Shown here: piece after piece, positions 56,541-64,000 of the stretch
Layout of the letters: each line of letters starts with the position of its first letter
Numbering within the stretch: the first letter of the stretch is position 1
Origin: Candidatus Woesearchaeota archaeon
GTDB taxonomy: Archaea > Nanobdellota > Nanobdellia > Woesearchaeales > WAPJ01
DNA: 64,000 bases
Assembly (NCBI GenBank): GCA_047602765.1
Contig: JBLKOL010000002.1
Coordinates: 10,597 to 74,596, forward strand
Reading direction: 5' to 3'
Program-made: the position numbers and the translations under genes
The notes under the pieces: generated by a model
Databases searched by the model: none
Seen by the model: the letters and a program-made list of their open reading frames with translations, nothing else
Told to the model about the DNA's origin: nothing

Positions 56541-57176
56541 TCAAGTTCTCTCGTTGCCTTGCGATTTGCCAATCTCCTGCAACCCTTTGCCGAGTATTTC
56601 GAAGAAGCCTTTCTTTCCGTCTCCGTCGCCACTGGGAGGATCCGACAAGAGCCATACGAGTAAACCTATGGTAATAGCGACGATGAGGATAACCTGCAGA
56701 ACGCTCTCATCGATGGTATTGAGCCATTCCGAGACACCCCAACTCTCCGGGAACCATCCTGCTGCATGGCCGAATATCGTCGCTACTACGATGACAGATA
56801 CTACGGTGATGAACCCTTGGAAACCCTGTGTCGGCTTTCCGAACGGAACGGGCATCCCAAATGCTGCGAGGAGAAGCCAGAACGCGAAGATCGCAACGAC
56901 CCAGAGCACGACGTTGGGAAGCGCATCTTGCATCATCTTGACCGGGTCGGCTCCGGACGGATAGCTGTTCGTCACCGAGGGTACGACGACCATAAGACCG
57001 ATGATGAGTGCAAGCATGACGTTGAACTTCTTACCCGAACCATCACTATCACCTTTATCGAAGAGCTTGCTCTTCTGCAAGAACGCGAATACGAGGGTGA
57101 ATACCAAAAAGAACGGCAGGAGCGCGTCGTACGCTCCGGACGTCATGAACCACGTGAATATCTGTTCGATCGCCAT
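56541..57176 (-). CDS. Polytopic membrane protein, paralog 2
   Basis: YDALLPFFLVFTLVFAFLQKS...KKFNVMLALIIG; GGAGGAG SD. Confidence 0.85.
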   Translation of the reverse strand: MAIEQIFTWFMTSGAYDALLPFFLVFTLVFAFLQKSKLFDKGDSDGSGKKFNVMLALIIGLMVVVPSVTNSYPSGADPVKMMQDALPNVVLWVVAIFAFWLLLAAFGMPVPFGKPTQGFQGFITVVSVIVVATIFGHAAGWFPESWGVSEWLNTIDESVLQVILIVAITIGLLVWLLSDPPSGDGDGKKGFFEILGKGLQEIGKSQGNERT

Positions 57177-57226
57177 GGGGGTCTCCTCCTGTGATTTCTT
57201 CGGTGATGGTATTTATAAAGATTTGC

Positions 57227-57832
57227 TCACTCATCTCTCGGCGGTACGTTGGGTTTTCCGACGATGAACGCGATCCCTCCTATGATGAGCAGGAGGAGTA
57301 TGACAACGCTCCACAACTCCGATGACGAGCCGGTCAGGCTCGTGCGTACGCCGTCGAATATGATCGAGAGCCAGCTGCGCCCGTCTTCGGTTGTGATCGC
57401 GTTGAGGAATATGAATACGATGGCGGTGACGCTCACCGTGATGAGCCCGTAGAAGAGTACAGGGTTCTGATCTTTGCTGAAGTAGATCCCGTGCTCGGTC
57501 TGCTGCATGAAGCTTCCTATGACGAGCATGATGAGGAAGCTGAGTACGATGAGCAGCACGGTCTGTGCGAGGACTTGGTTGATGATACCGACGAGTTGTG
57601 CTGAGAGTACGACGAAGAGGCCGGTTACGAATGCGACCATCGCGTTGAGGTTCTTCTTGGCGATGTTGATCGGTTCTGAGTCTCCGCTCCGCCAGTACTT
57701 CTCGGTTCCGAGCACGCGCGTCTTGTCGAGGAAGGCGTACATGAGCGTGAAGACGAGCAGGAACGGCAAGATGACGTCGTAGAGTCCGATACTGACGAAC
57801 AGATCGATCGCATTGCGGAGCGCCGATGCCAT
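57227..57832 (-). CDS. Polytopic membrane protein, paralog 1
   Basis: YDVILPFLLVFTLMYAFLDKT...KKNLNAMVAFVTG. Confidence 0.85.
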   Translation of the reverse strand: MASALRNAIDLFVSIGLYDVILPFLLVFTLMYAFLDKTRVLGTEKYWRSGDSEPINIAKKNLNAMVAFVTGLFVVLSAQLVGIINQVLAQTVLLIVLSFLIMLVIGSFMQQTEHGIYFSKDQNPVLFYGLITVSVTAIVFIFLNAITTEDGRSWLSIIFDGVRTSLTGSSSELWSVVILLLLIIGGIAFIVGKPNVPPRDE

Positions 57833-57911
57833 ACACGAATCCGTCCGAAGTCGGTTTATATAGTTTTGTAGTATCGGTAGCCTTATAGCATGCGGCCTTC
57901 ACTGCTCGTGT

Positions 57912-58346
57912 ATGGAGCGAAGACTCAAGAAACGCCGTCGAGGCACGGCGATCATCGAGTATGAGAAGGGCGTGCTCGTGGTTACGATGAACGGTCGGGC
58001 GTACATGACGCTCGGCGGTGAGGCGAACCGCAACGAGTCGCGGATGCAAGCTACGATCCGCGAGATCAAAGAGGAGACGGGCCTTGAACCGTACTTTTCG
58101 ATGGCGCTCTTCCGCTACTCGGGCCTCAAGCGAAAGACGCACCAGAACTTGCATACCGTCTATTACGTGAAGGCTACCGGTACGCCGCGGCCCAAGCAGG
58201 AGATCAAACGCATCGCATATCATACGCCTGGTTCATCGCTGATCCTCTCAACGGAGACGCGTGAGATCCTCACGCGGTTCTACGCCTTCAAAGAGAAGCA
58301 TGCGGAGCTCTTCGATACGATCAATGCGTATGCGTTCGCACGTTAG
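57912..58346 (+). CDS. NUDIX hydrolase
   Basis: GGEANRNESRMQATIREIKEETGL Nudix box. Confidence 0.92.
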   Translation: MERRLKKRRRGTAIIEYEKGVLVVTMNGRAYMTLGGEANRNESRMQATIREIKEETGLEPYFSMALFRYSGLKRKTHQNLHTVYYVKATGTPRPKQEIKRIAYHTPGSSLILSTETREILTRFYAFKEKHAELFDTINAYAFAR

Positions 58347-59131
58347 ATCCTGAAGAGGCGTCGTGCGTTCTCGTAGAGTATGAGTTCGCAGTCGCGCGCT
58401 TCGAGTCCTTTGAGCTCTGCGATGATCGGGATCGCACGGGCGATGTGCGCTGGCTCTGAGCGGTCTTCTCCTTTGGGTGCGAGGAACGGTGCGTCGGTTT
58501 CGGTGAGCAATCTTGATTCGGGTACCATGCGTACGAGGTTCTGGAACTGTTCGGAGTGTTCGACGATGACCGGTACGGAGAACCACGTGCGTGCGCGTTC
58601 GAGCGCGCGGGTGATGAGTTTCTTCTTGCCGCTGAAACAGTGGAGTACGGCTTTGACATCGCGGTGGTGTTCGAGGAGTTCGATGATCCGCTCTTCTGCT
58701 CTGCGCGAGTGTATGATGACCGGCAGGTCTCGTTCTCGTGCGATCACCAGGACCTCTTCGAAGAGTTTCTCGTCGCGTAGACGGGTTTCTTCGGTTGTCT
58801 GCGTGAAGTCGAGTCCTACCTCTCCGATCGCGACGATGCCGTCTTGTTCTCTGAGCAAGGAGAGGTTTCGCTGTATATCGAGTTCTGCTTCTTCGAGGAA
58901 TCCTGCCACAACGTCCGCTTCGAGTCCTGCGAGCGGGTAGAATCCTACGGCGCGGTGGAGCCGTACGGGTCCTGCATAGGCGCTCGTGATGCGCGTGGCT
59001 GTTTCGAACGTTGTTGTCTCAAGGCTGTTGAGGATGATGTCAGTGACGCCTACTGCGTGTGCGCGTTCGAATACGTCGATGAGCTCAGCGGTCGTGAACC
59101 TCTCGAGGTGGACGTGGATGTCGCAGATCAT
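58343..59131 (-). CDS. tatD: TatD-family deoxyribonuclease
   Basis: DIHVHL, IGEVGLD, IHSR, LHCFSG, LTETDAPF. Confidence 0.95.
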   Translation of the reverse strand: MICDIHVHLERFTTAELIDVFERAHAVGVTDIILNSLETTTFETATRITSAYAGPVRLHRAVGFYPLAGLEADVVAGFLEEAELDIQRNLSLLREQDGIVAIGEVGLDFTQTTEETRLRDEKLFEEVLVIARERDLPVIIHSRRAEERIIELLEHHRDVKAVLHCFSGKKKLITRALERARTWFSVPVIVEHSEQFQNLVRMVPESRLLTETDAPFLAPKGEDRSEPAHIARAIPIIAELKGLEARDCELILYENARRLFRI

Positions 59132-59176
59132 GCTATTCGGAACCGAGCCGATTATAAAAGGATACGGGCTTGGGAT

Positions 59177-59863
59177 ATGATGCGTATCGTGAGCGTGAAT
59201 ATCGAAGGATCACGACACCTCGATCGTGTTTCTGAACTTCTCGACGAACTCGATCCGGATGTCGTGTGTATGATGGAGCTCTTCGAACGCGACCGTTCGA
59301 TCCTCACCGAGCGGTTCGAGCACACGTTGTTCGCAACGGGCGTTCTCCAAGCTCAGGATGATCATCCGATCGGAGGTGTTGGCTTGGGCTTCGCCTCGAA
59401 GGAGCCGTTCGAGCCTTTCAGCTTCAAGTATTCGGGTCCTGACGCTCCCGGCGAGTACGTGAAATTCGACGAATCGGTACAACAGCACTGGCTCATCGGA
59501 GGAGTGGTACGAGGCGTTGCGATCGCAACGACGCATATGATGGTGACGCGTGATGCGACGATCGTAGCGCAACAATTCGTGGATTGCGAACGCATCATCC
59601 GGTTCCTTGAACGCTACGAACGCGTCGTGTTCTGCGGCGATCTCAACACGCATCGCGGCGGTATCATCTTCGAACGCTTCGCATCTGCATTCACGGACAC
59701 GATACCTGCTGAGGTGACGACGACGCTCGATCAGACGTTGCACCGGTCCGCTCCGATCCACCTTGTTGTTGACGGTGCGTTCACGCGCGGCATCGAAGCA
59801 AGAACGACGCTTCGCTTCGGCGTCTCCGACCACGCAGCACTCGTCATAGAAACTTCAGAGTAG
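59177..59863 (+). CDS. Endonuclease/exonuclease/phosphatase family protein
   Basis: VSVNI, PDVVCMME, TTH, CGDLN, VD, SDH. The real start is MMRIVS, not the 58844 start in the ORF track. Confidence 0.9.
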   Translation: MMRIVSVNIEGSRHLDRVSELLDELDPDVVCMMELFERDRSILTERFEHTLFATGVLQAQDDHPIGGVGLGFASKEPFEPFSFKYSGPDAPGEYVKFDESVQQHWLIGGVVRGVAIATTHMMVTRDATIVAQQFVDCERIIRFLERYERVVFCGDLNTHRGGIIFERFASAFTDTIPAEVTTTLDQTLHRSAPIHLVVDGAFTRGIEARTTLRFGVSDHAALVIETSE

Positions 59864-59901
59864 CAACGCACCTTTAAAAGACTCTCGACGTGCCCTCCTC
59901 T

Positions 59902-60318
59902 ATGTTCGGTCCTCGGATCGCGCGCGACCTCTTCAATCTGCGGTCGACGCGCAAAGCGGAAGAGAAGACGCTCGTCATCTCCCGCGGAACTAAGACGTAC
60001 ATCGAATCGAACGGTCGTTCGATCAGGCCGCTCGTTGAAGCGATCGCACTGCTCGATCGGCTCGAAGGATGCACGATCTTCGATCGTACCGTCGGGCTCG
60101 CAGCCGCCAAACTCCACCTCGAACTCGAGCCGGGTTCGGTGTATGCGCACGTCATGTCGCGTGAAGCCCAAGAGTTCTTCGAGGCGCACGGCATCCCCTT
60201 CTACGCGCACCGGACGGTCGAGACGATCATCGCGAACGAACGCACGTGCCCGCTCGAAGTCCTCGCCCGCCGTCACGAAGCCGACGAATTGCTCGAGATC
60301 CTCAGCGAATTCTCGTAA
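59902..60318 (+). CDS. DUF1893 (TM1506-like) protein
   Basis: IRPL...DRTVGLAAA...VMSREA...I.N...CPLE. Confidence 0.8.
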   Translation: MFGPRIARDLFNLRSTRKAEEKTLVISRGTKTYIESNGRSIRPLVEAIALLDRLEGCTIFDRTVGLAAAKLHLELEPGSVYAHVMSREAQEFFEAHGIPFYAHRTVETIIANERTCPLEVLARRHEADELLEILSEFS

Positions 60319-60361
60319 GGCCGAAACCTATATAACCGGTCCGCCGCGCCGACGACGCTAT

Positions 60362-60434
60362 GCCTCTGTAGCTCAGTGGCCAGAGCGGTTGCCTCGTAAG
60401 CAACAGGTCCGGGGTTCAACTCCCCGCAGAGGCT
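60362..60434 (+). tRNA. tRNA-Thr(CGT), intronless, CCA not encoded
   Basis: Acceptor stem GCCTCTG/CAGAGGC; D arm GCTC/GAGC; anticodon arm GTTGC-CTCGTAA-GCAAC; T loop TTCAACT; TATATAA at 60329. Confidence 0.97.
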
Positions 60435-60600
60435 TGGCCAACAAAGTCTCGTTTCTTTGAGTCTCCCATACACAATCTCGTCGCGGAGGTCGGACTGTAT
60501 CGTTAAGGCACCTTCATCATGCTCCTACCTAGGCGGACTCCAACTAAAGACTCTCAGAAGGACCGAAGCACTCTAATACTCGAATCGCGAAGAATCGCCT

Positions 60601-61431
60601 ATGGCGCGCCGGAAAAAGAACTACACGACCAATCCAATAACCGGAAAGCAAGAACGGGTCCTGCGCTCAGATGAAACCCAGAATCCGTGGACCGGAAAGG
60701 TCAGTAGAAGAAGAACCGGAAAGCGTAGGCTACCAACCAAGAAAAGCGCCCGCTCGAGTAAGCAAGAAATCGACCCTGCCTTCATTCTATTCGTTCTCGT
60801 GGCAGTAGCACTAGCAATCGTGTACCAATGGGCTGTCAACAACCCAATCCTATTCTGGAGCATCATAACTTTGATTGTCGTGGGAACCGGAGTAGCGCTT
60901 TGGAAGATACCAAGCATAAGACCTAGATTCCTGAACAACGTTTTGGGATCAGCGACTTCACACCCGAAATCAGACGAGGCATCAGATCTGGAAGACCCGT
61001 ATGGGAGCATCGTACAAGCCATCAGAGAGACAGAACTCGAACCCGTACGAAACGAGGAGGACTTCGAGAAACAACTCTATCAGTGGCTCAAGGCCAAAGG
61101 ATTCAAAGTACAACGACAAGTCAATGACAGGACCCGTTCACCAGTCGATATAGTCGTAGACGGACAAGTTGCTATAGAGTTGAAGATCGCAGAGTCACTC
61201 AACAGCGTTAGGACCTTAGTCGGTCAAGTAGCTGATGACGTGGACGAATACGACAATGTCATAGGAGTAATCCTCGATGCTGGCAAACTATCAGGAGTAG
61301 AAGAGTACGCTGAGAAGATCAAGCGCGTCAACCCTGAGAAGGTCGACAGCGTAATCCTCAAAGCACCCTTGAACCGAAGGAAGCGAAAGGACAAGTACTT
61401 CCAAGTACGACAGAGCACGACGTACAAGTAA
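60601..61431 (+). CDS. Membrane-anchored PD-(D/E)xK nuclease-like protein
   Basis: Two TM helices, then EEDFEKQLYQWL...VQRQ...VDIVVDGQVAIELK...GQV; lower GC than the flanks. Confidence 0.75.
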   Translation: MARRKKNYTTNPITGKQERVLRSDETQNPWTGKVSRRRTGKRRLPTKKSARSSKQEIDPAFILFVLVAVALAIVYQWAVNNPILFWSIITLIVVGTGVALWKIPSIRPRFLNNVLGSATSHPKSDEASDLEDPYGSIVQAIRETELEPVRNEEDFEKQLYQWLKAKGFKVQRQVNDRTRSPVDIVVDGQVAIELKIAESLNSVRTLVGQVADDVDEYDNVIGVILDAGKLSGVEEYAEKIKRVNPEKVDSVILKAPLNRRKRKDKYFQVRQSTTYK

Positions 61432-61436
61432 GAATC

Positions 61437-61979
61437 ATGAAAGCGCTCATCATCATCGATATGCTCGAAGGGTATGCGCAGCAGTGCTACAACCGTGACG
61501 AGGTCGTTGCGAATCAGCTCGCGTTGATCGGTGCGTTCCGAGATCGGAGGCTTCCGATCATCATCGTGAGTGCTGATCTGAGCGCGCCGCCCAATCCGGT
61601 CATGGTTCGGTTGTGGGGTGTGGAGTTCGCTGATGAACCTGAGAAGGCTCGGCTCATCGGTGAGCTCGAGAACGTCGAAGGCGCGACGTACTTCTCCAAG
61701 ACCGAGTACTCTGCGTTCTTCAGAACGCCGCTCGAATCCTTCTGTGAGGAGCACGGTATCGATGAACTGTTCTTCTCTGGTTACGCTTCGGGCGTGTGCG
61801 TGTTCTTCTCGGCGGTTGATGCGGCGATGCGTCGTATCCTTCCCGTGCTCGTCTCTGATGCGTCTACGACGAACGAGCGCTCATGGCACGAGAAGACTTG
61901 TGAGCGTTTCGAGGAGGTCCTCGGTCCGGTGTTGGATACTCAGCAGATTCTCGTGAATCTCGATAATCCGAAAGGGTGA
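61437..61979 (+). CDS. Isochorismatase/cysteine hydrolase
   Basis: ALIIIDM, KTEYSAFFRT.L, GYASGVCV..SAVDA. Confidence 0.92.
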   Translation: MKALIIIDMLEGYAQQCYNRDEVVANQLALIGAFRDRRLPIIIVSADLSAPPNPVMVRLWGVEFADEPEKARLIGELENVEGATYFSKTEYSAFFRTPLESFCEEHGIDELFFSGYASGVCVFFSAVDAAMRRILPVLVSDASTTNERSWHEKTCERFEEVLGPVLDTQQILVNLDNPKG

Positions 61980-62035
61980 CCACACCGTCTCTGATGTGGA
62001 TGGTTTGTGGTCACCTGTGTGACCTACACCCTTTC
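61970..62035. repeat. Inverted repeats between convergent genes
   Basis: GGTGACCACA (61975-84)/TGTGGTCACC (62006-15) and GAAAGGGTG (61970-78)/CACCCTTTC (62027-35). Confidence 0.7.
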
Positions 62036-62067
62036 ATCGTCTGAACCTGCGGGTAGAAAGAATCGTT

Positions 62068-62262
62068 TTACTCGTCGAACACGAACACGTCATCGATTTT
62101 CGAATCGAGTTCTCGTGCGATCCGGTATGCTAATCGCAGTGAGGGGTTGTATTTGCCCGATTCGATGAATACGATGGTCTCTCGCCTCACTCCCACTTTA
62201 TCGGCGAGCTGTTCTTGGGTGAGGGTGTGCCGCGCGCGCAATTCTTTGATCCGTGTTCTCAT
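62068..62262 (-). CDS. XRE-family HTH regulator
   Basis: [29 protein letters not shown]. Confidence 0.95.
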   Translation of the reverse strand: MRTRIKELRARHTLTQEQLADKVGVRRETIVFIESGKYNPSLRLAYRIARELDSKIDDVFVFDE

Positions 62263-62588
62263 CGTTCATAGAGGCTCAGCGAGAAGCTGAACGTGAGTAC
62301 CTGGAGTACGAAGAGGCTTGCGATCCCGACCGCTGCCATCTCCATGCTCTCAAGCATGATGAGGGCCACCATGAGCGTTGCGAGTCCGATGGTTGATACG
62401 ACGAACGCGTTTCGTGCGGCTTTTCCGATGTTCTCTGTGAGCATCTCGTCATCCTTCATGCGTGCGAGCGCGAGGAATCCGAAGAAGCCGAAGAAGCCGA
62501 ACAATCCGTAGTTCTGGGTCGGTATGCCGATCAGGCCTACGAGGCCGAGCAGTGCGAGGAGCGCGAGTCGATTCATCTTCATAGCCAT
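62259..62588 (-). CDS. DUF3796-like membrane protein
   Basis: LGLVGLIG...FGFFGFFGF...[16 protein letters not shown]. Confidence 0.8.
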   Translation of the reverse strand: MAMKMNRLALLALLGLVGLIGIPTQNYGLFGFFGFFGFLALARMKDDEMLTENIGKAARNAFVVSTIGLATLMVALIMLESMEMAAVGIASLFVLQVLTFSFSLSLYER

Positions 62589-62601
62589 CATCTCCGTGTT
62601 C

Positions 62602-62635
62602 GTTATTTCTAACGTAATGTTAGGTATGTATAACA
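62602..62635. promoter_or_regulatory. Palindromic operator candidate for the XRE regulator
   Basis: Alternating GTTA/TAAC half-sites: CTAAC-N5-GTTAG and TGTTA-N8-TAACA. Confidence 0.55.
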
Positions 62636-62701
62636 TCCACGTATTTGAATGTTTCGCTTCGAGATACGCTCTTAAGCCCAGAGAGCCGCATCACACGTGT
62701 T

Positions 62702-62869
62702 ATGGCACAACCGAAGCGAAGCGACCCCATGAATACCTACGAGTACCGGTGCATCGCGATCATCGGATCCGGTGAGAAGACCGCTCGTATCCTCAACAGG
62801 TACGGCAACGAAGGCTGGGAGCTCGTATCCGTGGTGTGGATATGGCACTATCTGAAGCGAGCGCGCTGA
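62702..62869 (+). CDS. DUF4177-like small protein
   Basis: YEY...LNRYGNEGWELVSV...YLKR. Confidence 0.8.
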   Translation: MAQPKRSDPMNTYEYRCIAIIGSGEKTARILNRYGNEGWELVSVVWIWHYLKRAR

Positions 62870-63201
62870 TGCTTCTCAGCGGAGCAGGGCTCTTCGTGCT
62901 CGGACTGGTCATCAGACGCTACAAGCTGAGCGTTCTGATCGCCGGATACAATACGGCTTCCAAAGCAGAGAAGGAACGCTACGATGAAGAGAAGCTCGTA
63001 CGAACCGTCGGAGGCTTCCTCATGTACGCTGCGATCCTTCTGGTGTTCGGCGGCTTGGTCTCAATGCTCCTCGTACCGTACGCGTCGTACATCGCTACGG
63101 CATCATGGATCGTCTTCTCTGTTGCGCTGCTCATCTGGCTCGTGTATATCAATACGGGCGGGCTGTCTTCTGAAACGATACACACGCATATAAACGCGTG
63201 A
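62836..63201 (+). CDS. DUF3784-like membrane protein
   Basis: LIAGYNTASKAEKERYDEEKL; probable start at ATG 62869. Confidence 0.8.
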   Translation: MDMALSEASALMLLSGAGLFVLGLVIRRYKLSVLIAGYNTASKAEKERYDEEKLVRTVGGFLMYAAILLVFGGLVSMLLVPYASYIATASWIVFSVALLIWLVYINTGGLSSETIHTHINA

Positions 63202-63216
63202 GCGCTCGATATCGGT

Positions 63217-63780
63217 GTGGAAACGCTCTTCACAAGCGATCTCTTCGTGTACGTGTTCGTTCCTCTGCTCATCATGCTCTCACGCGTCGTTGATGTGAGT
63301 CTGGGTACTGTTCGGATCATCTTCGCGAACAAAGGTATCAAGGCGTACTCGGCGATCATCGGGTTCTTCGAGGTGCTCGTCTGGCTCGTTGTGATCACGG
63401 CGGTCGTCAACAACCTGAACAACGCCGTCTCGTACGTGGCGTACGCTCTGGGTTTCTCGCTCGGAACGTATCTGGGCATCATGCTCGAAGAGCGCATCGC
63501 GGTCGGCCAGGTGCGTATGAGGATCATCACGAAGAAGAACCTGACGAAGATGATCGATGATCTCAAGCCGACGCGGTACGTGTTCGTGAGCGACTCGACG
63601 GACAGCTCTGAGGGTACGATCAAGATCATCAATGCGTTTCTCGATCGTTCGGACCTCAAGAAGGTCGTAGCGAGGGTGAAGGAGCGCGATCCCGAGGCGT
63701 TCTATACGGTGGAGGATCTCAAGATGATCAAAGAAGAGTACAAGGAGCGCAAGCGCTTCTTTTTCGCGAAACGCAAGTGA
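63217..63780 (+). CDS. UPF0316 (DUF5698/DUF2179) membrane protein
   Basis: RVVDVSLGTVR, GFFEVLVW, YALGFSLGTYLG..LEERIA.G, DPEAFY. Confidence 0.9.
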   Translation: METLFTSDLFVYVFVPLLIMLSRVVDVSLGTVRIIFANKGIKAYSAIIGFFEVLVWLVVITAVVNNLNNAVSYVAYALGFSLGTYLGIMLEERIAVGQVRMRIITKKNLTKMIDDLKPTRYVFVSDSTDSSEGTIKIINAFLDRSDLKKVVARVKERDPEAFYTVEDLKMIKEEYKERKRFFFAKRK

Positions 63781-63851
63781 ATATACTCCTTCCTACACCC
63801 ACCAAGAAAGCCTCTTAAACGGTTCTTCGGACAGCCCACCTGGGTGGTTGG

Positions 63852-64000
63852 ATGTACCGATACATCAGTGTGTTGCTGATCGCAGTGTTCTCTCTGAGCG
63901 TCGTATCTGCGCTCGAAGTCGATCTTTCGGCGAGCGACGTGCGCTATGGTCAGCCGATCGTATCGGGCTGTATCGAGTCGTCGATCGGTTGTTCTCGTAT
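63852..64000 (+). CDS. Secreted protein, partial (runs off the window)
   Basis: Signal peptide MYRYISVLLIAVFSLSVVSA; CTTAAA upstream. Confidence 0.7.
   Translation, partial: MYRYISVLLIAVFSLSVVSALEVDLSASDVRYGQPIVSGCIESSIGCSR

Noticed and set aside
60435..64000. Provirus or integrative element at tRNA-Thr
   Set aside because: No integrase, viral genes or duplicated tRNA 3' end are seen in the window.
1..64000. GATC at two lesion sites as evidence of a specific mechanism
   Set aside because: GATC and TCGA words are very abundant throughout this sequence, so coincidence is likely.

Overview
This is a gene-dense, GC-rich archaeal chromosomal segment. Archaeal-type DnaG, FtsZ2, Orc1/Cdc6, RIO1, Dph5, archease, RtcB, Rpp21-like and PGF-pre-PGF domains, plus TATA-like promoters, point to a DPANN lineage, probably Woesearchaeota-like (inference). 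The left 26 kb is dominated by cell-surface functions. It holds a very large minus-strand Ig-repeat protein that the ORF track misses, with foreign-looking domains nested inside its repeats. It also holds a 1438-aa modular subtilase, a HerA-like ATPase, a DUF5752-like/MoxR/DUF58/vWA cluster, a membrane wHTH regulator with phased direct repeats, and a convergent cluster of secreted membrane-anchored proteins with apparent deletion junctions. The right part is mostly housekeeping (ftsZ, dph5, dnaG, rtcB, msrA/B, cdc6, serS, tatD, tRNA-Thr). It also contains a small islet bounded by a duplicated dph5 5' end, a compact cloverleaf ncRNA candidate, a triplet of paralogous membrane proteins and a membrane-anchored nuclease next to the tRNA. 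I saw no rRNA, CRISPR array, transposase or integrase. Family assignments are from motif recognition only; no searches were run.
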